This document shows positions 1-13,016 of a stretch of 64,000 nucleotides of DNA, one piece after another. Source of the DNA: Octopus vulgaris. Its lineage: Eukaryota. The position numbers and the translations under genes are program-made. The stretch covers positions 52,018,001 to 52,082,000 of the forward strand of contig OX597814.1 in NCBI GenBank assembly GCA_951406725.2. The letters are read 5' to 3'. How positions within the stretch are numbered: position 1 is the stretch's first letter; the number at the start of each line of letters is the position of its first letter. The notes below the pieces were generated by a model, which saw only the letters and a list, made by a program, of their open reading frames with translations, made no database searches and was not told the DNA's origin.

Positions 1-59
1 ATAAGCTAAATGCACATAGGTGGCAAGATTATAAGTGTATTTTATTATTTAAATAATAT

Positions 60-205
60 AAGGCAGTGAGCTGGCAGAATCGTTAGCATGCCAGGCAAAA
101 TGCTTCACAGCATTTAACCAGTTATTGTTCCGAGATCAGATGCTGACAGGGTTAAGTTTGTCTCTCATGGTTTTGGGGGTCAATAAAATAAGTACCAGTT
201 GAATA
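60..205 (+). mobile_element. tRNA-derived SINE (family 1), degenerate partial copy
   Basis: AGGCAGTGAGCTGGCAGAATCGTTAGC head and GGGGTCAATAAAATAAGTACCAG core match the reverse complement of the better copy at 27395-27623. Confidence 0.7.
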
Positions 206-1597
206 CTTAATTCTCCTCTTTCAGCACATGACAATATATACAGAAAACTCAAGGATACACTGGCACATACAAACATGTACAGATTTAAGAAAAACTGTCA
301 CGCCTTAGTTATAAATTCAAAAATTTCTCTGCTTTTACTGCATTTTCTCTGCTCAGCCCACATAATTACATTTCACCAAAATAACTATTTCAAGCATGAA
401 CTAATGAGGCAGCCACTACATAGTCACTTGCTCTGCTAAAAATAGTAGCTAAATCTTCTGCAAATCATATTTTACTGTCTTAAAAAGATTCATAAGATAA
501 ATTAGACTAAGAATTTGCAATAAAAATGAAATGGTCATGGATGGAAGACAGTTTACTTTAGGTCTACAGGATCAGAGCCAAACCAGGGGTAAACAACAGC
601 ACTTCAAGGTTCATAAAAGATAATGTGCCATATAAAACGTAAAACAGTAAGGCAATTAAAGTAGTTAGCTTTTAGGATTTCATGCAATTGTAGAAATTTG
701 CAAAAGTAAAAGATCATTAAGCTGATAATAATAAAGCAGAAGTAAGGCAAAAAAACTCATAAAGTGAAACAGCTAAACACAATTAAAAAAAAATGGTTTA
801 TGACATCAACAAAGGTCAAAATGCAATCTTGCAAAAACAATTAACATGTTTTGCAATGGAAAAAAAGATCAAAAAGCATAGTGATGAACATGATTGTTAG
901 CCTTGATCACACAAACTTATGACAATGCTTATTATTAAAATATTTTTTCTATATAATGTCTCTAGAACTACATAATCTTTATTATCAAACAACCTTTATA
1001 ATCAAACAAAGAAAATCAGCTTAGTAAAATGGTTAAAGAATTACATCTCAAACACAAAACAATTTATTCTCAGTATGCAACAAAGTGATTATGATTATAA
1101 TTAGGACTGTGTCAATATTTTTACCTCCACTTTAGTATTATAAATAATGACTATTGGATATGCATTTCTATTTTGTAACCATAATTTTTCTGTGAATATT
1201 TTTTCTAATAAGTAGTGAAGGAGGATTAAAATAATTTAAGGAGTTTAATCAAATAAGAGACAAAACAAAATAGCAATACCAGCAGTAATGAGAACAACAT
1301 TTTTGCTATCAAATAACTTCATTGTAGGAATCGTTTTAATTGCTTATCCAGTGGACACATATGGCTTGTTACAATTTTCTTTTGTTTTGATTTTATAATG
1401 GGAAGAAGTTGATAGGTCACCATTTATAATGATGATGTAGTGAAGAAATGGGCTAAGATTTAAATAAGTTGAAAAAGCGACAACTTATTCCACTTGTTAT
1501 AATAATAGAAGATTGCCAAAGGGAATGATGTTAATACAACAGTCTGGAACAAACATCCAAATGACTTCAGTTCTGTTGGGTCTGATAATGTGGCTGT

Positions 1598-2826
1598 CAG
1601 AGCTGATCTTAGGCCAGTTGGACTGATTGCTCCCAATTGGGCCCTGCACTCAGGGAGGCCACATCCTATACTGTGACATTTTATGAAGGTGGTCTCCCTG
1701 AAGTTTAAAAAAATCTACATAAAATTGCTCTTTAAAAAAAACAAAAAAAACATCTACTTTCTACACTTTAGCAACACAAGATGCCAAAAAATAAACCCAT
1801 TCATCCAAGATTGCTTGGGTCAGCCTTGCTTGTATTTTTGGTGCAAGGGTTAATTGTATGTATGCATGTGTATATGTGAATGTTTAGGAGTGTTTATTGG
1901 CATGTTTGGGTAAAATATTTGTGTGTATGTAGTCGTTTAAGTGTATGGTGAATTGTATGTATATATGTGGTGTGTGAGTTGCTATAAAATATACTTCGTA
2001 TATGTTTAATTTTGGGGAATCTTATTTCAGTAAAGTGTTTTGGGGGCAACCAGAACTGTCTCAAGTGTAACTGTCTGAAACAGTAAGGACTTCTGGTAAA
2101 CTTGACTGAGGAAAGAAGGCCACGAATGACCCATCTTTTTTCCAGTCCTTCTAATTGTTGTTTCTCCTGTCTGCCTTTGTATCGTCTATCTGTCTGAATG
2201 TTTTACTATCCTCTATTGCGGTTTTGTTCCATCTTTTTATATTTATATATATACATATAGCCGCGTACGTACACACTTGTGCTCACCTTATGGTAGGCAT
2301 GTATCTAAATTTTGTATGGCTCTTACTCTATCTTTTAGACCCTCTCATACTTCCTTCCTCTTTTCTTTTTCTCATACCCACTCTCTCTCTCACATTTCTT
2401 GGCCCTCTCTTTCTTTAACTCCTACCTTTTCCCTCTTGTTTATCTCCCCTGTACCTTTCCTTTCGATTTTTTCTACTCCTTCAATCCCACTGCCCCTACC
2501 CCTCTCTCCTCCTTCTATGGTACCGATGTCCGGCCAGCTATGATCTTTCTTTCTGGCCTGACTGCTGGCCATCAACACCTCTTATGTCCATCTATGTTCC
2601 TGCCTTTAGGCTTTTACTTCATACACACCAGCTCAATTTGATTTGTTCTCAGAAGACACCTGTTGTTATTTTCTTGTTTGTGTTTGCAATTGTGTACCAT
2701 GTTCTCCGTGTTTTTCTCTTTATTGCCATACACATTCGCTAGAGTTCTTACAAAAAAATCTAACACTCTTGTATCATGTATCTGTCCAAATGTTTTATTG
2801 TCCTCTATTGCATTTTTGTTCCATTT

Positions 2827-2873
<47 letters not shown>

Positions 2874-4342
2874 TAGCTTGCAATGTAACACAGCTAAACT
2901 GGCTCATAATGGGAAAATTACTCTGAAAATAACTTAACCCTGAAAGGGAAGAAACTCTAACCTTTCAATTATGACTAACTTGCCAACTAAAAAATACTAG
3001 CCTTTACAGTAAGTGTTTCTATTTTAGCTTTTGTTAAACACAATATTTTAAACATTTGAAATATTTTTAAGTGAATGTGATTTCAAAAATGTGAGTTGCT
3101 TGCACAGTAAGTATTTATATTTTAGCTTTCTTTAAACAGACAATATTTTAATTGTTTTTTAAATTATTTTCAAGTGAATACCATAACAAAATTTTTTTTT
3201 TGGCATATTTAAAAAATATTTGTAAGTGAAAATGACTTTAAAAATACAATAAATATTTTGTAAAAGACCCGTTCATAACCTTGGTGTGAAATAATTTTTT
3301 TTGCTATAGGATTTTTTCAACGTATTTCACCTCTAAAGATTTGGCTGCTATTTGCAATAAAGGACCCAAAATAGCTGTTACATGATAGCAGGGCATGCAA
3401 GAAATAGCAACCAAATCTTTCCTTTTCTGGGGAAAGAAGCTGTTTATGTGTGATTTCGATGTCACATTCATTGAAAGCATGCGAAATAACCTGGAACAGA
3501 AAAGAAAACCCACGAAACAAAATTACATTGGTGAGAAACTCAGTTTCCCAGGAAACTCCAAGGTTCCCACCACCCTTCCCCCTTTCTTTTCCAGAAGAAA
3601 AGTGACTTGAGGTGGGTTTGGAGGGGAGATACATTGAATGAACTCAAAAAAAACCTGTGGAAAAATCTATTTCACACCAAAGTACGAACAGGTACTTCAC
3701 AAAATATTTACCCAAGATTGGAACAAGCATGTGAATAGAAGGATCGATGAGACTAATAAAACAAGGGCTGGGTGTCTGGCAAAACAGAGGGGAAAAGAGA
3801 AAAGCAGGAGAGATCTGGAATCAGACACTTGAAGAGCTGAGTGTCTGGCAAAACAGAGGGAAAGAGACAAAAGTAGATGTCATGAATCAGATGCTCATGT
3901 AAATACAAACAGAATAAAACAAGTTTCGTGTAATTGGACCATGGGTTGCCACAGAAACAGGACTGTGTTTTCTATAGCAGAGGTTATAGAAAAAAATAAA
4001 AGGTAAGTATATAACCAGCTTCTGAAAAATTCTAATTATTAATTTGTATTTTATGTATATCTCTTTTAGAGTAACATTATGTAACAGATAAAATTTTCTT
4101 TGGGATCTTGTTAAATTTCTTTCCAGTTTTTGCCAGAATATTTTTAAAAAGCAGTTTAGATGTAGTTTTGCTACTGATGGTGAAAATTTTTGGTAAATTT
4201 AAAGTTAAACACCCAGCTCAATTTTGGTTGTAAATAATGTTTTTTCCTCGCCCCCCTGCCTTCTGCTATCAATTAATCTTGTCTAATAAATTTCCCCCTC
4301 CCCTCACCCAATTGGGCCCTACACCTCCTAAGGTTGGCCCTG
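1598..4342. mobile_element. Non-autonomous hAT-type DNA transposon
   Basis: Imperfect TIRs CAGAGCTGATCTTAGG / CCTAAGGTTGGCCCTG, subterminal CCCAATTGGGCCCT at both ends, perfect 8-bp TSD GTGGCTGT (1590-1597, 4343-4350); no transposase ORF inside. Confidence 0.8.
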
Positions 4343-5479
4343 GTGGCTGTGGTCTGCTGTCTGTTGCTGCAATGACAAAGACGTGCAACGACTGGTTGAA
4401 GAAAGCTGTGAAACATGGTTGTTACCTATTCATTGGCAGCTGGTTCAAAAAAGACCAAGAGCAGGAGAAACTGGTGCTTATATAACCATGGGGTGGCTCC
4501 ACAGGCCAAGATGTTTTTTTCCCCACGTTGGGAATAAACTCTATTGCAAACACATGATTAGACAGTTAAAATGGAACAATACCTGCAACTAATTTGGCTA
4601 ATACCTGGGTCATGTAACTTGATGCTAAGAAAAGCTCTGGAGAGCCAATATTCCAGTATTTAAGGTTAAACAGCTATGTTGACAAGATGTCTAATATTAC
4701 AATAAAATGAAAGTGTTAAACAGTTTTACTACAATTTCAAAGATAATACACATATGGATCCCATTAATTCATTGTTTATAAACATTCGATAACTTTACTT
4801 GAAAACAATTACATCTAATAATTAGAACCATGCTGTAAATACACCGAAATTAGCAATCAACAAACATTGTTGAACACAGAGGTTGTTCAAGAACAGCAAC
4901 TCCAAAACAACCGTGAGTTGGCTCCAAACTTATTGAATCAATAGAACACAAGTGAATAACTATTATTTCATGCAATTATGCATGGTAAGAGAGAAATACA
5001 ACAAACATTGTACAACAGAATAAAGTTCAATCTTGTGTTGACATGGAATAATTGAACAGTTGTTGTTATTAAATACCTGAATTTGTAAATGAACAGGCCA
5101 ACATCCAGTGTCTCTGGCTCACCGACATCTTATTTGAAATCTTTCCTGTTTGTTTACACAACTTATTCACCAATATTCATTTTAAATGTTTTTATATAAG
5201 CACTAACTTATAAAAAGTCTAGTAATACTAGGTTCAAGAGAGTAAATTTCAAAAGTAGGGATTAAGCAGGATTAATGCAGCAAAGATGAAACCTTTACTT
5301 GGTCTCCCAACTTGCAAGGAATAGCAGCTAAATCTTCCATAAACTATACCATAACGTCTAAAAAGCAAAGTAGCGGATACTTGCACTTCAAAAATTGTAA
5401 TTAAATAAATAATAAAGCGACAGTCACAGATGAAACATTTCATTCATTTTCTCGGTAACCTCTTCAGCCACCCCTCACC

Positions 5480-6130
5480 AACTAGCCTCTTGCTTCTTTC
5501 AAGCTGCCCACTGGTGCTGACGCCATGCATGCAGGCCCCTTCTAATTGCATGCAAAGGTTTCGAGTCCAGGTCAATCACAAACTGAGGCTGAGGTTTCTG
5601 CTGTGGTGTGCATATTGGCCTCAAGCAACACAGTGCTCAAATCCACACCAGGTATCCTGGCCATTCTCCTCTCAAGCATCCTGAACCTTCAGCAAATATC
5701 AGAGATTTGGAAATCCCTGACAATGACATGGCTTTGACAGCATCCAGTGATGATGTGGTTGCTGCCTTGAGATTCTTCTCTATGAGCAGCAGTGATGGAG
5801 TAAATGACCTGCAACCCAGCCATCTCAGAGATTTAATCTTACAACACAAGGCAGGAACACTTGGAGTGAACTATTGCTACACTCCGCCAGTGCTCCAATT
5901 TATCACTGCTCTAACAGACAGTCTTCTTCATGTGGACTTCCCCACCATGCCTGAGATTTCTTCTCAGTCAACTTGACTGTGCTGAAGAAGAAAGACAGAG
6001 ACATCCATCCAATAGCAGTGGGCAATATCTTTTGACAACTTACTGCCAGGATAGCATGTAAATCAGTCCCTGATGATCTGAGCAAGGCACTAAGCCCTGT
6101 CCAGCTGGGGGTGGAAGTCAACTGGAGAGA
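5480..6130 (+). pseudogene. Fragment of a CRE/NeSL-like non-LTR reverse transcriptase
   Basis: Broken frames read DVVAALRFFSMSSSDGVNDLQPSHLRDLI then LTVLKKKDRDIHPIAVGNIF*QLTARIAC..LSPVQLGV, resembling the RPIAVG and QLGVG motifs of CRE-clade RTs; stops and frameshifts present. Confidence 0.7.
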
Positions 6131-6276
6131 AACAGAGGACAAAGGAGAAAAGTTATCAATAGCATATACTCCACAGGGAGTGAAGGGCTTAAGTATCTAA
6201 GTTACATTCTTCTGTGCTAAAAGATAATGAAAATTGATTATTTTTTATCAGGATGCTGTCAGGATGAAAGGGTTAA

Positions 6277-6495
6277 CCCTTTCATTACCAACCCCTGAAA
6301 CCGGCTCTGGCTCTGTAGTACAAATGTCTTGTTTTCATAAGTTTTGAATTAAAATCTTCCACCAAACCTTAGTCACAATTTATGTTCCTAACTGTAGCTA
6401 AATGATAACTAAGTTATTTTACTAAATTCTTTGTTATATTTAAAGTAATTTAAAGAAACACAAAGCATCTCAAAATAAATACAATAACGGTAGGG
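6277..6495. mobile_element. Small TTAA-type (piggyBac-like) MITE, degenerate
   Basis: TTAA|CCCTTTCATTAC left end and a degenerate ATAACGGTAGGG right end. Confidence 0.4.
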
Positions 6496-9400
6496 TACTG
6501 GAAATAACAAAAGCAGCAGCAATATATCTTTAACAGTAGATCATTGAGCTGAGTTCACAGTTGTTAGAGACCAACATAGCATTTCCCATCTTTGAAGATC
6601 ACACAAAATAACTACTACCATTACATTACTGAAATGATTCAGTATACCCTACTATTTTTTTATATAACCATTTCTTATATAAAAATCAGTCATTTGTCTA
6701 AAATGATGTTTGCAACTTATTGAATTTAATCAGCAATCATTTATATTTTACTGATATAAGCACACATCAACTATAAGATAATGAGAGGACTTGTATGAAA
6801 TAATGAAGGAACCCCCAATTCAATCATTGATCCTGCTTTAAATAGCAACCAAAATCCCTCAAATCACACCTTATCATCTTAAAAAAAGAAAGGACATATT
6901 GTATAGTGTAGTCCTAGATGCACAATGTAGAAAAAAAATGAAAGCTGGAATGGTTATGAGGAAAACATGATCATAGGTCTGTCGAATGAGAACTGACCTA
7001 GAAGTTAGACAGCAGCAACAGAAACATAATGGAAATTATGTAACTGTTATGCCATATTAAGCTATATTAATGGTAACTGTGATATGTACTGGGAATCTAG
7101 ATCAAGTCATGAAATATTTAAGTGTAATGGGGTTCTTACAATTAATAAAACACAAAAATAACTGAAACTGGTAGGATGAATGGACTATCATTAGTTCATC
7201 TAAATTATTACTCTCATAAGCAAATTAAAAAAAAAACATTTCAAAGGGACAGCAAAGATAAACATCCCCCACTAATAAATAGATCTTAAATTTTACAGTT
7301 TCCATCATATTTTTATATTTATATATTTATGTGATAATTTACTCATAAAAAACAATTTTTTGTCAGTAGTCTACAACTACTGTTAGAGATTTTCATTAAA
7401 ATTCAATAAATGAATTCTTAGCAATTCTTTTTTCTTTATTCAACATTTCTGCCAATAGATAAAATAGATGAAATATTGATGTTACCATCTATATGATATA
7501 GCAGTTATTGTTTGAATAGTAAACAAGATTCAGAACCTGAAAACAAAGAACTTTTAAGTGATGAAGCTGTAGAACTCATATTGGCATGGCTTTGGAACAT
7601 TTAGCAAAGCATTTGTACTTGGTTGATTTCCTACTGAAGGATTAGTATTAGGAAATTAAAACTGTTGTCTAACAATTCATGCTCTGTCTAAATCTGATTA
7701 ACAAACCAATTTATTCTGGCATTAGAAGACTGATACAAAAAAATGACTACAAAAGAAAATAAAATCTCCTAAAAACTTATATTTGAAAGAGAGTAAATGA
7801 GTTTTGAAGACAAATTATTTTAGGAAAAATATCCAGCATTTAAGCTAAACTTAGATTCCAAACCTGTGTGAGACTAATGTTTCCTAGTTTATTGTGCACC
7901 TACAAAAAAAAATGCTAATATCTTTTTATATCACTAATTCTAAAAACTGTGTAGTGTACACAGCACAGTGTGAACCATAGCTATTTTTTGTTTGTACTCT
8001 TTTCTTCTAGTCTGTATTATCTTCGATTGGATTGACTAAATAACAACAATAAAAGCAACAGAAACATTATTCAAGAGTGTACTGTATTGAACTTAATCCA
8101 ACCATATCAAAAGCAGTCAGCAAATGACTCAGCAGTTAAATTTACATGCTTCAAGTAGTGTAAGGAAGCTGGCTGACCGGAAATCAACAACAGAGGTAAA
8201 TTGTGAAAAATAAATAAAAAAAAGCCAGCAAAATTGAATTTCCAGCAACAAACTGAACTACAAATTAGCTTTGTTTGTCACTAAAAGGTGCCAAATATCT
8301 CCATGCTACAGCAATACCGTTACCTCTAAAAAAGGCATTAATGAATCTGTATAAGAATAGTTCTATTCATTCAGAATCAAAGTAAAACACATTGATATTC
8401 AGCCAGAATTAAGGTTGTATATCAGGAATTAACATACAAGACATGTTGGCTGTGTAATGGCCAACTAAACCAAAGACTAAGAGTTCAAAAACTGTCATAT
8501 GCAGCGGCTGAGCTTTACTCAACACCCACCTGCCAAATAGATATCATTCTTAGTTTCCAAATTCAGTAATTTATTCTAGGAAAAACAGAACCTGTAGAAA
8601 TATATTAAACATGTTTCCAGTATTCCTGGAAATATTCAAATAAAAAAAAAATTAGACCAGTAAAGAAAAATTTTTAAACCAAAACTATGTATATATGTGA
8701 ATGGCGGTGCCCCAGCATGGCCACAGCTCGTGAGCTGAAACTAGATAAAATATAAAATATAAATATATATATATATTGTTGTGACATCAAGTTAACTCAT
8801 CAAAAATAAATAATCATCACAGACTAGCAAAGGTGAAATATATAAAATTGTTTAAAAACAGAAAAATATTTTGTGCATATTGCTGTTGCTTAGCACCAAG
8901 TTAGCTCTGCTCAAGTACACTTATGATCAAAGATGTTCCATCTGTGACCATCCCATTTTTCTCTCGTCTAATATGTCTAGAACTACCATCCTTGCTGAAG
9001 ATGGTATGGTATTCAGTAAAGGAGATTTGGTTGCTGTTTCTAACAAACTGAGCAATTATGTAGAGGCTCTTTCATCATCCCTGTTTTATGTACTGATTTA
9101 TAATTGACATTATCTGAAGTAAACATCCAGAATATTGAAATATAAAACATTTTTTTTTATTTTTATAGATTTCTTAGTTCTTCAATTCAACATTATCACC
9201 TTCATTCTTCAGTTCAGTCCAATATGTCCTTGGCTTGTACTAAGGGTCATTTCAATCAGCTATACCCTCTCTTGCAAATTTATACCTTTGTTCTGATCTA
9301 AGAAATCAATATTCCTTTGATAAGCTCAAGGACATTTAACTATTTGACACACAGAGATTAATGAAACATACAATAGCTTATTAATATTACAATACCTTTC

Positions 9401-10294
9401 CTAATAGCTTGTTGCCCTTAATACAATTTCTTTAATGATCTTTTGCTAATTTCATAGCAAACTGGTGTAAGCTCAGTGTCAAGGGAATGGAACAAATCCT
9501 TAAATAAGATATCACTGACAGACTTTTATAACTGTGAGCATAAAGAGGCTGTTGATTAGAATATGAAATAATGAGACAAGATTGCTTCCTTAATTAACAT
9601 TCTATGACACCATACAGATTTATAAGCATGATAGGATTTGTACTACAAGTTAATTTTAGAACTAAAGTAGATGGCCAAATTAGTAACTATTACTTAACAT
9701 TGACTTCTATTCACAAATGTAAAACTTTACCTTTTTTGTGTTGTGTGTGCAAGTGAGGGATGAAAAAAGTAACTTCTGAATGAAAATATTTTTCCAAAAT
9801 TTTACATATACAAACACTTCATGCTTTATATATCAAACATTTCATGCTTCATATATCAAATATCAGCAAAAGAATTTAGATTCAAATAATATGCCATATA
9901 TTCTCTGTTTTGATAGATATGCTATAAAACTTACAATAATATAATACAAATCAATATTTGCAAGCAGCTGATACAGTTGAATAAATGGGGTACTCTGTAT
10001 AAGAAATGAAATTAATCAGAGTAAATTGCAAATATTAGAAAAGAAATAACATCCTTAGAATTAATACAGGTCAACATGACAATTATTTAAAGAAGTGCAA
10101 CATCTGTTTCTCACTCAGGTTTATTCTTTATATCATGTGTTCGTAAGCAGAGAATGACTGAGTAATAAAACATATGAGAAACATAACAAAAGCATGAACT
10201 TGTATTTCCTAAATAGTTTGAAAGGCGAGATGTATATTGAGCCTTTTTCAATTTATGGCAGTGTTATTTTCAGAAATTAGAAAAACTTTTATCT

Positions 10295-10490
10295 TTCACT
10301 TGTTGAAGTTATTTGACTACAACCATGCTGGAGCACTACCTTGAAGGGTTTTAGTTGAACAAATCAACCCCAGTATTTAAGTCTGGCACTTATTCTACTG
10401 ACCTTTTATTAAACTGCTAAGTTACAGAGATGTAAACAAACCAACACTGTCAAGTGGTGGAAAGATGGCACAAACACACATGCACAAATA
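10295..10490 (-). mobile_element. SINE family 2, 3' half
   Basis: Reverse complement of the AAGGTGGTGCTCCAGCATGG tail and CTTGACAA..GTTGGTTTGTTTACAT body seen in full copies (48614-49005). Confidence 0.7.
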
Positions 10491-10509
10491 AATATACATA
10501 TATATATAT

Positions 10510-11745
10510 ATGCAGGAGAAATACCTAGCCAAAGATAAGCCCCTGTACCTGGCTTTTGTTGACATGGAGAAAGCCTTCGACAGGGTCCCCCGATCCCTCA
10601 TATGGTGGTCAATGAGGAAACTAGGAATAGATGAATGGTTAGTGAGAGCTGTGCAAGCCATGTACAGGGACGCTGCTAGTAAGGTGAGGGTTGGAAATGA
10701 GTACAGTGAAGAATTCTGGGTAGAGGTAGGGGTCCACCAAGGCTCAGTCCTCAGCCCCCTCCTATTTATCATAGTCCTCCAGGCAATAACGGAGGAATTC
10801 AAGACAGGATGCCCCTGGGAGCTCCTCTATGCTGATGACCTTGCTCTAATTGCTGAGTCATTATCAGAACTGGAGAAGAAGTTTCAGGTGTGGAAGCATG
10901 GTTTAGAATCGAAGGTCAACCTAGCTAAAACCAAAGTCCTAATAAGTAGGAAGGTAGACAAATCACAAACGCCTTCAGGTAGATGGCCCTGCTCAATCTG
11001 TAGAAAAGGTGTAGGTAGAAACTCTATAAGATGCACCAAGTGTAAGCTATGGACACATAAGAGGTGCAGCAATGTCATAGGAAGGCTAACTAGGAAGATG
11101 GTTTTTGTATGTGGCAGATGCTCGGGAGCATTAACCTCCGAAAATCTGCAGAAAACAACTTCCGTCACTTTCCAGGGGGAAAAACTAGAAGTAGTTGATA
11201 GCTTCCGTTATCTTGGTGACCAAGTCAGTAGTGGGGGTGGGTGTGCTGAAAGTGTAACGGCTAGAGTAAGAATAGCCTGGGCAAAGTTTAGGGAGCTCTT
11301 ACCTCTGTTGGTGACTAAAGGCCTCTCGCTCAGAGTAACAACCATGCTACATGGCAGTGAAACATGGGCCGTGACTGCTGGGGACATGCGTAAGCTCGCG
11401 AGAAATGAAGCTAGTATGCTCCGTTGGATGTGTAATGTCAGTGTTCATAGTCGACAGAGTGTAAGTACCTTGAGAGAAAAGTTGGACCTAAGAGGAATCA
11501 GATGTTGTGTGCAAGAGAGACGATTGCGCTGGTATGATCATGTGGTGAGAATGGATGAGGATAGGTGTGTGAAAAAGTGCCACACCCTGGCAGTTGAGGG
11601 GACCTGTGGAAGAGGTAGACCCAGGAAGACCTGGATCGAGGTGGTGAAGCACGACCTTCGAACTCTAGGTCTCACCAAGGAAATGACCAGAGACCGAGAC
11701 CTATGGAAGTATGCTGTGCGTGAGAAGACCCGGCAAGACCAGTGA
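10510..11745 (+). CDS. RTE-clade LINE reverse transcriptase, 5'-truncated, with internal PHD finger
   Basis: 411-aa ORF: FVDMEKAFD, GVHQGSVLSPLLF, LLYADD, FRYLG, RRLRWY, GRGRPRKTW. The ATG is created at the junction with a (TA)n tract, so it is not a natural start. Confidence 0.92.
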   Translation: MQEKYLAKDKPLYLAFVDMEKAFDRVPRSLIWWSMRKLGIDEWLVRAVQAMYRDAASKVRVGNEYSEEFWVEVGVHQGSVLSPLLFIIVLQAITEEFKTGCPWELLYADDLALIAESLSELEKKFQVWKHGLESKVNLAKTKVLISRKVDKSQTPSGRWPCSICRKGVGRNSIRCTKCKLWTHKRCSNVIGRLTRKMVFVCGRCSGALTSENLQKTTSVTFQGEKLEVVDSFRYLGDQVSSGGGCAESVTARVRIAWAKFRELLPLLVTKGLSLRVTTMLHGSETWAVTAGDMRKLARNEASMLRWMCNVSVHSRQSVSTLREKLDLRGIRCCVQERRLRWYDHVVRMDEDRCVKKCHTLAVEGTCGRGRPRKTWIEVVKHDLRTLGLTKEMTRDRDLWKYAVREKTRQDQ

Positions 11746-12990
11746 GAACAATCAAAATCAAATCATATATCAGAAAGCAGGGGTTAAGTGACCCATCCGT
11801 TCGTGTCCACTGTCAGACTCGTCTGGCACCCGTGCCGGTGATACGTAAAAGCACCATTCGCTCGTGGCCGTTTGCCAGCTCTGCCTGGCCCCGTGTCGGT
11901 GGCACGTAAAAGCACCATCCGTTCGTGTTCGTTGCCAGCCTCGCCTGGCTGGCCCGTGCCGGTGACACGTAAAAGCACCGTCCGTTCGTGGCCGTTTGCC
12001 AGCTCTGTCTGGCCCCGTGTCGGTGGCACATAAAAGCACCATCCGTTCGTGTCCGTTGCCAGCCTCGGCTGGCCTCCGTGCCGGTGACACGTAAAAGCAC
12101 CGTCTGTTCGTGGCCGAGTGCCAGCTCTGTCTGGCCCCATGTTGGTGGCACGTAAAAGCACCATCCGTTCGTGTTCGTTGCCAGCCTCGCCTGGCCCCGT
12201 GCCGGTGACACATAAAAGCACCGTCCGTTCGTGGCCGTTTGCCAGCTCTGTCTGGCCCCGTGTCGGTGGCACGTAAAAGCACCATCCGTTCGTGGCCGTT
12301 TGCCAGCTCTGTCTGGCCCCGTGTCGGTGGCACGTAATAGCACCATCCATTCGCGAAAGCACCGTCCACTCGTGGCCGTGCACACGTAAAAGCACCGTCC
12401 ACTCGTGGCCGTTTGCCAGCTCTGTCTGGCAACCGTGTCGGTGGCACGTAATAGCACCATCCATTCGTGTCCGTTGCCAGCCTCGGCTGGCCCCCGTGCC
12501 GGTGACACGTAAAAGCACCGTCCGTTCGTGTCCGTTTGCCAGCTCTGTCTGGCCCCGTGTCGGTGGCACGTAAAAGCACCATCCGTTCATGTCCGTTGCC
12601 AGCATTGCCTGGCCCCGTGCCGGTGACACGTAAAAGCACCGTCCGTTCGTGTCCGTTTGCCAGCTCTGTCTGGCCCCGTGTCGGTGACATGTAAAAGCAC
12701 CATCCGTTCGTGTCCGTTGCCAGCATCGCCTGGCCCCGTGCCGGTGACACGTGCAAAAGCACCATCCGTTCGTGGCCGTTCGCCAGCTCTGTCTGGCACC
12801 TGTGCAGGTGGCACGTAAAAACACCCACTACACTCGCGGAGTGGTTGGCATTAGGAAGGGCATCCAGCCGTAGAAACACTGCCAGATCTGACTGGGCCTG
12901 ACGAAGCCTTCCAGCTTCACAGTCCCCAGTTGACCCGTCCAACCCATGCTAGCATGGAAAGCAGACGCTAAACGATGATGATGATGATGA
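10511..12990 (+). mobile_element. RTE LINE copy 1 (truncated ORF, tandem-repeat 3' UTR, (GAT)n tail)
   Basis: ORF, then (AATCA)-like spacer, ~61-bp array, TTAGGAAGGGCATCCAGCC block and GATGATGAT tail; same order as the copy at 61466-63797. Confidence 0.85.
11785..12830. repeat. ~61-bp tandem array (~17 units) in the RTE 3' UTR
   Basis: Unit CCCGTGTCGGTGGCACGTAAAAGCACCATCCGTTCGTGGCCGTTTGCCAGCTCTGTCTGGC with largely alternating A/B variants. Confidence 0.95.
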
Positions 12991-13016
12991 TTTATAGATA
13001 TATATATATATATAAA

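Noticed and set aside
7500-9790. Possible small minus-strand host exons (acceptor/donor-like sites near 7898, 8595, 9730)
   Set aside because: No consistent open frame or recognisable protein; needs RNA-seq
11785-12830. CRISPR-like array
   Set aside because: Whole units repeat with no unique spacers, there are no cas genes, and the context is a eukaryotic LINE 3' UTR
11770-12942. 390-, 346- and 231-aa minus-strand ORFs
   Set aside because: Artefacts of a GC-rich tandem repeat; the same peptides recur in all frames
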